Source of the DNA: Escherichia coli | Lineage (GTDB): Bacteria > Pseudomonadota > Gammaproteobacteria > Enterobacterales > Enterobacteriaceae | NCBI RefSeq assembly: GCF_048403405.1 | Contig: NZ_CP183129.1 | Strand: one strand, 5' to 3' | DNA length: 64,000 nt | In this document: piece after piece, positions 26,511 to 37,751 of the stretch | Position numbering within the stretch: the stretch's first letter is position 1 | How the letters are laid out: every line of letters starts with the position of its first letter | The notes under the pieces: generated by a model | What the model was told of the DNA's origin: nothing | Database searches by the model: none | The model's input: the letters and a program-made list of their open reading frames with translations, nothing else | Program-made: the position numbers and the translations under genes

Positions 26511-26537
26511 CCCCTATCGTTATCTATGGGATAGGGG
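26511..26537. terminator. hairpin between the convergent ytfJ and ytfI
   Basis: cccctatc (26511-26518) pairs with gatagggg (26530-26537), flanked by A/T-rich sequence. Confidence 0.55.
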
Positions 26538-26566
26538 AATTAAGCCTCTGAGTTCTTACGCCGAAC

Positions 26567-27478
26567 TCATACTGGTAACGCTAGTTGCTTTTTTTTAAAC
26601 GCCTCAATGGTCGATTTATATTTCTCGCAAATCTTTTCTTCGGTAATATCACTATCTGCGGCCAGATTCGCACTTACTATCGCATCCACTTGTTCGGCTA
26701 ATTCGACTTGTTGGCAACCTGCATTAACCAGAAAATTATAAATAAGAGAGTAATCTTCATCCTTCAAAAAAACAGAGGAACCATTACGAAAACGTTCATC
26801 CCCTCCATAGATTTTAAGCGCAAAGCCCAAAGATTCTATGACTATGGCAAAATTATCATCAATTATTTTTTCGTAAATATACCATCCATCGCATTCTTTA
26901 ATTCCACCTCCTGGAATTTGGAGGTCAAATTTACCCCGTTTTAATTTGCTTACTATATCCTCCAATAAGGCATAACCTAAAGACACGTCACCAATCGCCT
27001 GGCGAATATAACCTTTAATCCTTTCCGGTATGTCAGACTGTTTTTTCTGCAGAATATCCCGGGCATACAATCTTCTGTTTTGTTCTAACGGAAACTCGCG
27101 GTTTTTGAAATCCATGAATGAGTTATACTCATTTATTGTTATGGGAATTTCTTCGTATTCAAACCCACTGCCTCGCAATGTCATTATATATTTGGCACCG
27201 TTATCTTTAATGCTGAAACTGATAAGAAACTTATCCATGGCGTGAACATTTTCATTTTTTGATGAAAGCACCTGATAACTACTTTTATCAATCTGAGTTG
27301 CGCAACGAAAGAACTCCCGCAAAGTTAACAGGCTATCATAATTCGAAATCCAATCTTTTTTCTTAAATGCATGCTGGATATTGTTAAAAAAATTGTTTGA
27401 ATGTGTTTTTGTATGCGATGATTTTACGAATAACTCCACCGCACCAATAAAATTATTGTGTCTGATCCTGGGTAACAT
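26567..27478 (-). CDS. ytfI: uncharacterised protein YtfI (AT-rich orphan gene)
   Basis: 303 aa ORF with ATG at 27476-27478; markedly AT-rich; no domain recognisable by eye. Confidence 0.8.
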   Translation of the reverse strand: MLPRIRHNNFIGAVELFVKSSHTKTHSNNFFNNIQHAFKKKDWISNYDSLLTLREFFRCATQIDKSSYQVLSSKNENVHAMDKFLISFSIKDNGAKYIMTLRGSGFEYEEIPITINEYNSFMDFKNREFPLEQNRRLYARDILQKKQSDIPERIKGYIRQAIGDVSLGYALLEDIVSKLKRGKFDLQIPGGGIKECDGWYIYEKIIDDNFAIVIESLGFALKIYGGDERFRNGSSVFLKDEDYSLIYNFLVNAGCQQVELAEQVDAIVSANLAADSDITEEKICEKYKSTIEAFKKKQLALPV

Positions 27479-27690
27479 ATGGCTACCTTATTTTATTTGG
27501 TTATTTTATGTCGCCATTAAATATCTCATTATAGAAGTATAACTATCAAAAAACGCTCATTATTAAAATGTAACTTATTAGCAATTGAATTTTTGCACTT
27601 TAAATACAATCTCTTTTTATTTATAACTTTTTAGGTTGAGAGAAATCAGGATGGCAGAATCAGGAAATACACTGTTTCTGCCATCTGAAT

Positions 27691-28431
27691 TTAGTAAATA
27701 GACACTCTGAATCCCGGATTCAGGAACGACTCGCGCGGAGTGTAATCCAGCGGTTTACCCTGCCAGTCGTGAACGTGCGCTCCGGCAGCTGCGGCCACAG
27801 CATGTCCAGCGGCGGTGTCCCAAATATTCGTTGGTCCGAAGCGCGGGTACAGCTGCGCCTGCCCTTCCGCCACCAGGCAGAATTTCAGCGAAGAGCCGAT
27901 GGACGTGGTCTGATGTTCGCCAAGCTGTTGCAGATACTCTTTCAGCTCCGCATCTGCATGGGAACGGCTGATAACCACCAGCGGCGGGCGCGCATCACGG
28001 ACCTGAATCTGCTTGCGCACGCCGCACTCTTCTTTCCACGCTTTGCCTTCTGCCGCGCTGTACATTACGTTCATTACCGGCGCATACACCACACCTAAAA
28101 TCGGTTTGCCGTGGTCGATGAGCGCAATGTTAACGGTGAATTCGCCATTGCGTTTAATAAACTCTTTAGTACCATCCAGCGGGTCTACCAGCCAGTAACG
28201 CTGCCAGTGCTGACGGACTTCCCAACCGGGAGGATCTTCTTCAGAAAGCACCGGAATATCCGGTGTCAGCGTACGTAAACCGTCCATGATAACGGTGTGA
28301 GCGGCAATATCCGCTGCCGTTACCGGAGAATTGTCCGCTTTGCTGACGACGTCCATCGGTTTCGTCCCGTCGTAGACCTGCATAATGGCATCGCCTGCAT
28401 TCCGTGCAAGCTGGCATACTTGATCTAACAT
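27691..28431 (-). CDS. cysQ: 3'(2'),5'-bisphosphate nucleotidase
   Basis: 246 aa inositol monophosphatase family (DPLDGT motif). Confidence 0.95.
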   Translation of the reverse strand: MLDQVCQLARNAGDAIMQVYDGTKPMDVVSKADNSPVTAADIAAHTVIMDGLRTLTPDIPVLSEEDPPGWEVRQHWQRYWLVDPLDGTKEFIKRNGEFTVNIALIDHGKPILGVVYAPVMNVMYSAAEGKAWKEECGVRKQIQVRDARPPLVVISRSHADAELKEYLQQLGEHQTTSIGSSLKFCLVAEGQAQLYPRFGPTNIWDTAAGHAVAAAAGAHVHDWQGKPLDYTPRESFLNPGFRVSIY

Positions 28432-28620
28432 TTCTCCACCTCGTCTCTGTGAGCGGTGTTAACTTATTGTTTTACTTATACCCTATCGTTAATGAATGCG
28501 CCAACTGTGATAGTGTCATCATTTTCAAAGCGTAAAATTGTGGCATTCTTCACTGTTCTATAAGTAAGACGTTTATTCTCCCTTTTCTTTCGTATTCCCG
28601 ATGATAAAAGGATGTCCCTG

Positions 28621-30564
28621 ATGATTAAGTTTAGCGCAACGCTCCTGGCCACGCTGATTGCCGCCAGTGTGAATGCAGCGACGGTCGATCTGCGTATCAT
28701 GGAAACCACTGATCTGCATAGCAACATGATGGATTTCGATTATTACAAAGACACCGCCACGGAAAAATTCGGACTGGTACGTACGGCAAGCCTGATTAAC
28801 GATGCCCGCAATGAAGTGAAAAACAGCGTACTGGTCGATAACGGCGATTTGATTCAGGGGAGTCCGCTTGCAGATTACATGTCGGCGAAAGGTTTAAAAG
28901 CAGGTGATATTCACCCAGTGTATAAGGCATTAAATACGCTGGACTATACCGTCGGCACGCTTGGCAACCACGAGTTTAACTACGGTCTGGATTACCTGAA
29001 AAATGCGCTGGCGGGAGCGAAATTCCCTTATGTAAATGCCAACGTCATTGACGCCAGAACCAAACAGCCAATGTTTACACCGTATTTAATTAAAGACACC
29101 GAAGTGGTCGATAAAGACGGAAAAAAACAGACGCTGAAGATTGGCTATATTGGCGTCGTGCCGCCGCAAATCATGGGCTGGGATAAAGCTAATTTATCCG
29201 GGAAAGTGACGGTGAATGATATTACCGAAACCGTGCGCAAATACGTGCCTGAAATGCGCGAGAAAGGTGCCGATGTCGTTGTCGTTCTGGCGCATTCCGG
29301 GCTGTCTGCCGATCCGTATAAAGTGATGGCGGAAAACTCAGTTTATTACCTCAGTGAAATTCCGGGCGTTAACGCCATTATGTTTGGCCATGCTCACGCC
29401 GTTTTCCCAGGTAAAGATTTTGCTGATATCGAAGGGGCTGATATCGCGAAAGGCACGCTGAATGGTGTTCCGGCGGTAATGCCAGGCATGTGGGGCGATC
29501 ATCTTGGTGTGGTCGACTTACAACTCAGTAATGACAGCGGTAAATGGCAGGTGACGCAGGCGAAAGCGGAAGCACGGCCGATTTACGACATCGCGAATAA
29601 AAAATCCCTCGCGGCGGAAGACAGCAAGCTGGTAGAAACACTCAAAGCCGATCACGATGCCACACGCCAGTTCGTCAGCAAGCCAATCGGTAAATCCGCC
29701 GACAATATGTATAGCTATCTGGCGCTAGTGCAAGACGATCCGACCGTGCAGGTAGTGAACAACGCGCAAAAAGCGTATGTCGAGCATTACATTCAGGGCG
29801 ATCCGGATCTGGCAAAACTGCCGGTGCTTTCAGCTGCCGCACCGTTTAAAGTTGGTGGTCGCAAAAATGACCCGGCAAGCTATGTGGAGGTGGAAAAAGG
29901 CCAGTTGACCTTCCGTAATGCCGCCGATCTTTATCTCTACCCCAATACGCTGATTGTGGTGAAAGCCAGCGGTAAAGAGGTGAAAGAGTGGCTGGAGTGC
30001 TCCGCCGGACAGTTTAACCAGATTGATCCTAACAGCACGAAACCACAGTCACTCATCAACTGGGATGGTTTCCGCACCTATAACTTTGATGTTATTGATG
30101 GTGTGAATTATCAGATTGATGTTACCCAACCCGCCCGTTATGACGGCGAGTGCCAGATGATTAATGCCAATGCGGAAAGGATTAAGAACCTGACCTTTAA
30201 TGGCAAACCGATTGATCCGAACGCCATGTTCCTCGTTGCCACCAATAACTATCGCGCTTACGGCGGCAAATTTGCCGGTACGGGCGACAGCCATATCGCT
30301 TTTGCTTCACCGGATGAGAACCGCTCGGTGCTGGCAGCGTGGATTGCTGATGAGTCGAAACGTGCGGGGGAAATTCACCCGGCGGCAGATAACAACTGGC
30401 GTTTAGCACCAATAGCTGGCGATAAGAAACTGGATATCCGTTTCGAAACCTCTCCATCAGATAAAGCCGCGGCGTTTATTAAAGAGAAAGGGCAATATCC
30501 GATGAATAAAGTCGCGACCGATGATATCGGGTTTGCGATTTATCAGGTGGATTTGAGTAAGTAA
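28621..30564 (+). CDS. cpdB: 2',3'-cyclic-nucleotide 2'-phosphodiesterase / 3'-nucleotidase
   Basis: 647 aa from ATG 28621 ([10 protein letters not shown]...); signal peptide; metallophosphatase plus 5'-nucleotidase C domain. Confidence 0.95.
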
Positions 30565-30578
30565 TACACTTCTTTTTC

Positions 30579-30677
30579 GGCCTACAAATCATCAACCGCA
30601 TCCGACACTTTTGTCGGATGCGATGCTGGCGCATCTTATCCGTCCTACAAGTCATACACCGTAGGCCGCGCATCCTG
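30579..30677. repeat. cluster of REP-type palindromic units
   Basis: cggcctac..., gcatccgacacttttgtcggatgc hairpin, ...gtaggccgcgcatcc; fills the whole cpdB-ytfH convergent spacer. Confidence 0.8.
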
Positions 30678-30680
30678 CAG

Positions 30681-31061
30681 TTACGCCGCACGTTCATCCC
30701 GCACCGCCAACACCTCGGGCAAATTCAACTCAATCCAGTCCGCCAGTGCAGCAACCTTTTCGCTCACCTGCTCGCCCAGCGGCGTGAGGCTATATTCCAC
30801 ATGCGGCGGCACCACCGGATACGCGATACGGTTAAGAAAACCATCCTGCTCTAGCGCCTGTAACGACTGCGCAAGCATCTTTTCACTCACCCCGCCCATT
30901 TTGCGCCGCAGGTCGCTAAAGCGATGAGTACCTTCGCGTAGCGCCACCAGAATCAACACCCCCCAACGGCTGGTGACGTGTTTCAAAACCTCGCGCGACG
31001 GACACTGTTCAGCGAAGAGATTTCCCTCTTTCAGTTGTTGCGACAGGCTAACCTGACTCAT
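30681..31061 (-). CDS. ytfH: HxlR-family transcriptional regulator
   Basis: 126 aa from MSQVSLSQQ (ATG 31059-31061); the ORF-track call is extended. Confidence 0.9.
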   Translation of the reverse strand: MSQVSLSQQLKEGNLFAEQCPSREVLKHVTSRWGVLILVALREGTHRFSDLRRKMGGVSEKMLAQSLQALEQDGFLNRIAYPVVPPHVEYSLTPLGEQVSEKVAALADWIELNLPEVLAVRDERAA

Positions 31062-31149
31062 CTCATACTTACCTTTTTGTACGTACTTACTAAAAGTAAG
31101 TTTAGGTGTTAGCGTATTTAAACACAAGACAAAACGATGGAGACTTCCT

Positions 31150-32010
31150 ATGATCGCAATTACTGGTGCCACTGGCCAACTTGGTCACTATGTTATTGAA
31201 TCCTTGATGAAAACGGTTCCTGCCAGCCAAATAGTGGCTATCGTTCGTAATCCGGCAAAAGCCCAGGCACTGACAGCACAAGGCATTACCGTGCGTCAGG
31301 CTGACTACGGCGATGAAGCCGCACTGACATCTGCACTTCAGGGAGTGGAAAAACTACTGCTGATCTCTTCCAGCGAAGTGGGTCAACGTGCCCCGCAGCA
31401 TCGTAATGTTATTAATGCCGCAAAGGCGGCTGGTGTGAAATTTATCGCTTATACCAGTCTGCTTCACGCGGATAAATCTCCGCTCGGCCTCGCCGATGAG
31501 CACATTGAGACGGAGAAAATGTTGGCTGATTCTGGCATCGTTTACACCCTGCTGCGCAACGGCTGGTACAGCGAAAACTACCTCGCCAGCGCCCCGGCAG
31601 CACTGGAACACGGCGTATTTATCGGTGCGGCGGGCGATGGCAAAATCGCCTCAGCAACGCGGGCAGATTATGCGGCAGCTGCGGCACGCGTGATTAGCGA
31701 AGCCGGTCACGAAGGCAAGGTTTACGAACTGGCGGGCGATAGTGCCTGGACGTTGACACAGTTAGCGGCAGAGCTGACCAAACAGAGCGGAAAATCCGTT
31801 ACCTATCAAAATCTGAGCGAAGCCGATTTCGCCGCGGCACTGAAAAGCGTCGGACTGCCCGACGGACTGGCGGATATGCTGGCGGATTCTGACGTTGGCG
31901 CATCGAAAGGTGGTCTGTTTGATAACAGCAAAACGCTTAGCAAATTGATTGGCCGCCCAACGACAACGTTAGCCGAAAGCGTAAGCCATCTTTTTAATGT
32001 TAATAACTAG
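31150..32010 (+). CDS. ytfG: NAD(P)H:quinone oxidoreductase (NmrA-like)
   Basis: 286 aa; Rossmann motif ITGATGQLG. Confidence 0.93.
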   Translation: MIAITGATGQLGHYVIESLMKTVPASQIVAIVRNPAKAQALTAQGITVRQADYGDEAALTSALQGVEKLLLISSSEVGQRAPQHRNVINAAKAAGVKFIAYTSLLHADKSPLGLADEHIETEKMLADSGIVYTLLRNGWYSENYLASAPAALEHGVFIGAAGDGKIASATRADYAAAAARVISEAGHEGKVYELAGDSAWTLTQLAAELTKQSGKSVTYQNLSEADFAAALKSVGLPDGLADMLADSDVGASKGGLFDNSKTLSKLIGRPTTTLAESVSHLFNVNN

Positions 32011-32108
32011 TTAATTAAAGTGGCATCCTCCCGCATCCTCTCTGATAATGACGGGATGCCGGGAGCAATCATGTCTGCTTCCTGAACTTTCTTCTGACAG
32101 ATCAATGG

Positions 32109-33083
32109 ATGCCAGTAATGATTAGCGGCGTGCTGTACGCCCTGTTAGCAGGGTTGATGTGGGGGCTTATTTTTGTCGGGCCGTTGATCGTGCCGGAATA
32201 CCCGGCGATGTTGCAGTCTATGGGGCGTTATCTGGCGTTAGGGTTAATTGCGCTGCCCATTGCCTGGCTGGGGCGCGTGCGTCTGCGTCAGTTGGCGCGT
32301 CGCGACTGGCTTACCGCCTTGATGCTCACTATGATGGGCAACCTCATTTATTACTTCTGCCTTGCCAGTGCCATTCAACGTACTGGCGCGCCTGTTTCCA
32401 CGATGATTATCGGCACCCTGCCGGTGGTCATTCCTGTCTTTGCCAATCTGCTTTATAGCCAGCGCGACGGCAAACTCGCGTGGGGAAAACTCGCCCCGGC
32501 ACTGATTTGTATTGGCATCGGCCTGGCGAGTGTGAATATTGCTGAGTTAAACCACGGACTCCCCGATTTTGACTGGGCACGTTATACCTCTGGCATCGTG
32601 CTGGCGTTAGTTTCCGTGGTCTGCTGGGCATGGTATGCCCTGCGCAACGCCCGCTGGCTGCGGGAAAATCCCGACAAACATCCGATGATGTGGGCGACGG
32701 CGCAGGCGCTGGTCACGCTGCCGGTTTCGCTTATCGGCTATCTCGTCGCTTGTTACTGGCTGAATACGCAAACGCCGGACTTCTCCCTACCTTTTGGCCC
32801 CCGTCCGCTGGTGTTTATTAGTCTGATGATTGCAATAGCCGTGCTTTGCTCATGGGTTGGCGCACTCTGCTGGAACGTCGCCAGCCAGCGATTACCGACA
32901 GTGATTCTCGGGCCGCTGATTGTTTTCGAAACGCTGGCAGGTTTGCTGTACACCTTTTTGTTACGCCAGCAAATGCCGCCACTAATGACGCTGAGCGGTA
33001 TCGCACTGTTAGTGGTTGGCGTGGTCATTGCGGTCAGAGCAAAACCAGAAAAACCTTTAACTGAATCTGTCTCAGAAAGTTGA
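32109..33083 (+). CDS. ytfF: EamA/DMT-family inner membrane transporter
   Basis: Polytopic membrane protein; first ATG at 32109, alternative ATG at 32118 (MISGVLYALL). Confidence 0.88.
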   Translation: MPVMISGVLYALLAGLMWGLIFVGPLIVPEYPAMLQSMGRYLALGLIALPIAWLGRVRLRQLARRDWLTALMLTMMGNLIYYFCLASAIQRTGAPVSTMIIGTLPVVIPVFANLLYSQRDGKLAWGKLAPALICIGIGLASVNIAELNHGLPDFDWARYTSGIVLALVSVVCWAWYALRNARWLRENPDKHPMMWATAQALVTLPVSLIGYLVACYWLNTQTPDFSLPFGPRPLVFISLMIAIAVLCSWVGALCWNVASQRLPTVILGPLIVFETLAGLLYTFLLRQQMPPLMTLSGIALLVVGVVIAVRAKPEKPLTESVSES

Positions 33084-33141
33084 CACGCTGGCAGTGAGTT
33101 AAATAAGCCTCTGCTACGTAAGGGTTATAGCTTTTGCCTTA

Positions 33142-33164
33142 AAGATGCATTTAAAATGCATCTT
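33142..33164. promoter_or_regulatory. NsrR operator upstream of ytfE
   Basis: Perfect 23-bp palindrome aagatgcattt-a-aaatgcatctt, 27 nt upstream of the ytfE ATG; matches the NsrR site known for ytfE. Confidence 0.85.
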
Positions 33165-33190
33165 ATCTTATTAAGAATGAGGTATCAGCT

Positions 33191-33853
33191 ATGGCTTATC
33201 GCGACCAACCTTTAGGTGAACTGGCGCTCTCTATTCCTCGCGCTTCGGCTCTGTTTCGTAAATATGATATGGATTACTGCTGCGGCGGTAAGCAAACGCT
33301 GGCGCGTGCGGCGGCACGTAAAGAACTGGATGTTGAGGTCATTGAAGCTGAGCTGGCAAAGCTTGCTGAACAACCGATTGAGAAAGACTGGCGTAGCGCC
33401 CCGCTGGCAGAAATCATCGACCATATCATCGTGCGCTACCACGATCGTCACCGCGAGCAACTGCCGGAGCTGATCCTGCAAGCGACTAAAGTCGAACGCG
33501 TTCACGCCGACAAACCGAGCGTGCCAAAAGGGCTGACAAAATACCTGACTATGCTGCATGAAGAGCTTTCCAGCCACATGATGAAAGAAGAGCAGATCCT
33601 CTTCCCGATGATCAAACAAGGCATGGGCAGCCAGGCAATGGGGCCAATCAGCGTAATGGAAAGCGAGCACGATGAAGCGGGTGAACTGCTGGAAGTAATC
33701 AAACACACTACCAATAACGTCACACCGCCGCCGGAAGCCTGCACCACCTGGAAAGCGATGTATAACGGCATTAATGAACTGATTGATGACCTGATGGAGC
33801 ACATCAGCCTGGAAAATAATGTGCTGTTCCCGCGCGCACTGGCGGGTGAGTGA
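33191..33853 (+). CDS. ytfE: iron-sulfur cluster repair di-iron protein (RIC)
   Basis: 220 aa; ScdA N-domain plus hemerythrin-like His/Glu motifs. Confidence 0.95.
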   Translation: MAYRDQPLGELALSIPRASALFRKYDMDYCCGGKQTLARAAARKELDVEVIEAELAKLAEQPIEKDWRSAPLAEIIDHIIVRYHDRHREQLPELILQATKVERVHADKPSVPKGLTKYLTMLHEELSSHMMKEEQILFPMIKQGMGSQAMGPISVMESEHDEAGELLEVIKHTTNNVTPPPEACTTWKAMYNGINELIDDLMEHISLENNVLFPRALAGE

Positions 33854-33860
33854 TCTAAAA

Positions 33861-33885
33861 GCTGGATGGCATTGCGCCATCCAGC
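33861..33885. terminator. hairpin between the convergent ytfE and cycA
   Basis: gctggatggc-attgc-gccatccagc perfect 10-bp stem, preceded by taaaa. Confidence 0.6.
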
Positions 33886-33897
33886 ATGATAATGCGG

Positions 33898-35310
33898 TTA
33901 TTTCCGCAGTTCAGCAGCCCGCTTCTTACCAATAAACAACCAGCCCAGCCCCAGAGCGATAAACCACAGCGGGGTAACCAGCAGCGCCTGGCGGGTATCA
34001 TCTTCCAGTGTCAGCAGCACGACCACGAACACAAAGAATGCCATACATACCCAGCACATCAGCTTGCCGAGCGGCATCTTGTAGATTGATTTCTCATGCA
34101 AGTGCGGACGCTGTTTGCGATACACCAGGTACGAGCAAAGGATAATCGTCCAGACGAACATAAACAGAATCGCGGAAACGGTCGTGATCATCGTGAACGC
34201 ACCAATCACGCTGGGATTCACATACAGCATCACCACGCCGCCGAGCAGGCAGATGCAGGAGAAGGTCAGCCCTTTCGCGGGTACTGCGCGCTTAGAGAGT
34301 TTAGCGAACGCTTTCGGTGCCACACCTTCCTGCGCCAGACCAAACAGCATACGACTGGTAGAGAAGACGCCGCTGTTAGCGGAAGACGCCGCAGAGGTCA
34401 GCACCACAAAGTTGATCACGCTGGCAGCCGCAGGCAAACCTACCAACACAAACAGCTCAACGAACGGGCTTTTCTCCGGGACTACCGAACTCCACGGCGT
34501 CACGGACATAATCACAATCAGCGCGAAGACGTAGAACATAATGATACGGATCGGAATGGAGTTAATCGCGCGTGGCAGTGATTTCTCTGGATCTTTGGTT
34601 TCCGCAGCTGTTGTACCTACCAGCTCAATCCCTACGAAAGCGAAAACCGCTATCTGGAATCCGGCAAAGAAGCCACTTAAACCTTTCGGGAACCAGCCGC
34701 CATCATTCCACAAATGCGCGAATGACGCTTCCACACCGGTCGGTGACTGAAAGTGCATCGCCACCATGACCAGGCCGACGACAATCAGCGACACAATGGC
34801 GACGATTTTGATCATCGCAAACCAGAACTCCATCTCACCGAACATTTTCACGGTGGCGAGGTTGAGCGTCAGCAGCAGCACTATCACCGCCAGCGAGGCG
34901 ACCCAGTCGGAGAGCTCGGGGAACCAGAACTGAGCATAAGCCGTGATCGCCACCACGTCTGCCATACCGGTTACAACCCAGCAGAACCAGTAAGTCCAGC
35001 CGGTGAAATATCCTGCCCACGGCCCGAGTAAATCGGAAGCGAAGTCACTAAAAGATTTGTATTCCAGATTCGAAAGCAGCAATTCCCCCATTGCCCGCAT
35101 CACGAAAAAGAGCATAAAACCGATGATCATATAAACGAAAATGATCGACGGCCCGGCAAGGCTAATCGTTTTGCCGGACCCCATAAACAACCCCGTACCA
35201 ATGGCACCGCCAATGGCAATAAGCTGAATATGTCGGTTTGTGAGATTGCGCCGTAGCGACTGTTCAGCCGGAGCCTGATCATCGGCAACGACTTTTACCT
35301 GATCTACCAT
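33898..35310 (-). CDS. cycA: D-serine/D-alanine/glycine transporter (APC family)
   Basis: 470 aa amino-acid permease. Confidence 0.95.
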   Translation of the reverse strand: MVDQVKVVADDQAPAEQSLRRNLTNRHIQLIAIGGAIGTGLFMGSGKTISLAGPSIIFVYMIIGFMLFFVMRAMGELLLSNLEYKSFSDFASDLLGPWAGYFTGWTYWFCWVVTGMADVVAITAYAQFWFPELSDWVASLAVIVLLLTLNLATVKMFGEMEFWFAMIKIVAIVSLIVVGLVMVAMHFQSPTGVEASFAHLWNDGGWFPKGLSGFFAGFQIAVFAFVGIELVGTTAAETKDPEKSLPRAINSIPIRIIMFYVFALIVIMSVTPWSSVVPEKSPFVELFVLVGLPAAASVINFVVLTSAASSANSGVFSTSRMLFGLAQEGVAPKAFAKLSKRAVPAKGLTFSCICLLGGVVMLYVNPSVIGAFTMITTVSAILFMFVWTIILCSYLVYRKQRPHLHEKSIYKMPLGKLMCWVCMAFFVFVVVLLTLEDDTRQALLVTPLWFIALGLGWLFIGKKRAAELRK

Positions 35311-35618
35311 GTTTTTTTCTTCCTGTACCTGTCTGTGTTGTTCAGGCTCTACGGCCTTTAGTCAGTCTATGATACGACGAATCTGTATCGGGACTCATCG
35401 ATATTAGGTAACAATACGCGGGATGAATACTAAGATTTAGATCTAATGTTAATTTTATGTTTAAAGTGAGTGTCATATCACGGTGATAACGCGAAACAGC
35501 TCACAAAAATACACGCTTACGCGGTCTTTGCAACACAAAATAGCGCCGTTTGGCAAACTGAAGGGTTTATTGCTGAATGCCTGCTCCCCTCTGGCTCGAG
35601 GGGAACAGAATGCGCTGC

Positions 35619-36239
35619 TTAGAGGATTTCCAGCAGTTCGACTTCAAACACCAGGGTGCTGAACGGAGGGATGGATGCGCCTGCGCCGCGCTCGCCATAT
35701 GCCAGTTCCTGCGGGATAGTCAGTTCCCATTTAGAACCTACCGGCATCAGAGTCAGTGCTTCAATCCAGCCAGGGATCACGCCATTAACCGGGAATTCAG
35801 CGGGTTCACCACGAGCAACGGAGCTGTCAAACACGGTGCCGTCGATCAGTTTACCGGTGTAATGAACACGAACGCGGTCGGTACGTGCCGGAATTGCGCC
35901 TTCACCCTGGTTGATCACGCGGAATTGCAGGCCAGATTCGGTGCTATTCACACCTTCTTTTTTGGCGTTTTCTTCCAGGTATTTCACACCTTCAGCAGCC
36001 ATCGCCTGGAAACGCTGACGACGAACGGCATCGGCGCGTTCGTGGATTTCACGCAGCGCGCGGTGCACCACATCAACCGGAACAGCCGGATGTTTGCCTT
36101 CCAGCGCATCGGCAATGCCTGCAACCAGTGCTTCTGGCAGCAGCCCTTCCAGGCCAGATTCACTCAGTTGTTGCCCTACCTGCAAACCAATGCCGTAGCT
36201 TGCTTGCGCTTCGATGGTGTCAAAAGTTGGGGTGGTCAT
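35619..36239 (-). CDS. fklB: FKBP-type peptidyl-prolyl cis-trans isomerase
   Basis: 206 aa from MTTPTFDT (ATG 36237-36239); the ORF-track call is extended. Confidence 0.95.
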
Positions 36240-36456
36240 CGTATTTCCTTTCTTAGGGTATAAAGTAGCGGGCAGCATATCAGCCACACTTCTTTGGGTA
36301 AAACTTTGTCGCGGGAATGATGACAAATCCCGGGGAAAAAGAAACAATAGCAATATCCCGTATGAATATAATAAAGGCGGGTTTACCACGGACATCATAG
36401 CGTTAGCTTATTCATAGGCTATGATTGAGGAACAAGACGCGGAGCAGGAGGAAACC

Positions 36457-37095
36457 ATGCCCGGGCGCTTTGAACTAAAACCAACCCTGGAGAAAGTCTG
36501 GCACGCGCCAGACAATTTTCGCTTCATGGACCCGCTGCCGCCGATGCATCGTCGGGGGATCATTATTGCCGCCATTGTATTGGTGGTCGGATTTCTGCTT
36601 CCATCTGATGATACGCCCAACGCGCCGGTGGTGACGCGTGAAGCGCAGTTAGATATTCAGTCGCAATCACAACCACCGACAGAAGAACAGCTGCGGGCGC
36701 AATTAGTCACGCCACAAAATGATCCTGATCAGGTGGCTCCGGTCGCTCCAGAACCAATACAGGAAGGCCAGCCAGAAGAGCAGCCGCAACCCCCCCAAAC
36801 GCAACCATTCCAGCCAGATAGCGGAATTGATAATCAATGGCGCTCTTACCGTGTCGAACCCGGTAAAACGATGGCACAGCTGTTCCGCGACCACGGGCTG
36901 CCCGCTACCGATGTCTATGCAATGGCGCAGGTAGAAGGCGCGGGTAAGCCGCTGAGTAATTTGCAAAACGGGCAGATGGTGAAAATCCGCCAGAACGCCA
37001 GCGGCGTGGTGACGGGCTTAACCATTGATACGGGGAATAATCAACAGGTCTTGTTTACCCGCCAGCCGGATGGCAGTTTTATTCGTGCGCGGTAG
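36457..37095 (+). CDS. ytfB: cell division protein YtfB (OapA-like)
   Basis: 212 aa from MPGRFELK (ATG 36457 with aggagg SD); TM segment and Pro/Gln-rich linker. Confidence 0.9.
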   Translation: MPGRFELKPTLEKVWHAPDNFRFMDPLPPMHRRGIIIAAIVLVVGFLLPSDDTPNAPVVTREAQLDIQSQSQPPTEEQLRAQLVTPQNDPDQVAPVAPEPIQEGQPEEQPQPPQTQPFQPDSGIDNQWRSYRVEPGKTMAQLFRDHGLPATDVYAMAQVEGAGKPLSNLQNGQMVKIRQNASGVVTGLTIDTGNNQQVLFTRQPDGSFIRAR

Positions 37096-37404
37096 ATGAA
37101 GGGTCAACCAAAAGCCAGCTAAGGATTGTCTCTTTGATGACCTTACGTCTGGCTTCCAGTGCCTGGGGGAAACCATACTGATATGATAAACCAGGCCAAG
37201 CGTATGCTGGTTGATCAAATAATATCCCCCAAGCGCAGCAATATTAATATACACCTGCAATGGGTCGATATCTGGCTTAAAAATATTGTGTTTCTTCCCT
37301 TCATCCAATAAGGATTCCATTAACTGCAAGTGCGCATGATTAATTTCTAAGAGACGCTGTGATTTTGCATAATGCACACCTTTACTTTGGTTTTCACTAT
37401 GCAC
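37018..37404 (-). pseudogene. ytfA: remnant of a TetR-family regulator (C-terminal ligand-binding part only)
   Basis: ORF with GTG start; sequence (…[22 protein letters not shown]…) resembles a TetR C-terminal domain; no HTH domain; overlaps the ytfB 3' end antisense by 78 nt. Confidence 0.45.
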
Positions 37405-37751
37405 AATTTTTAAAAACCTGGGATTAGCAATATAATAATTCCATGTAAAATCAATAATTTCTCAATGGCACTTGTGTCTGGTTAACCTGCTGATTAACGA
37501 ACTTACCGATACCGACAGCGTAGAATAATTACATACCGCACAACAAGAATGTATGGTGTAAGGCGTTGTCAGTCATCTCCCTCCCTGGGTGCATCGTTAT
37601 ATCCGTGATGAGCGATTTTTGATATTAATATCTTTTACTATCCGCTATTTTCACCACTTCAGAAAACAAACTTATTTTTATTAATATCAACTCTTTTTCT
37701 TTGAACATTCAACTGCGATATTTGTAAAAATATTAAACAGGCAACAATAAA

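Noticed and set aside
27707-27724. Palindrome ctgaatcc-c-ggattcag that looked like a cysQ terminator
   Set aside because: It lies inside the cysQ coding sequence (stop codon at 27691-27693), so it cannot be the terminator
35583-35604. Hairpin tcccctc-tggctc-gagggga immediately after the fklB stop
   Set aside because: Short stem without a U-tract on either strand; not convincing enough to call as a terminator
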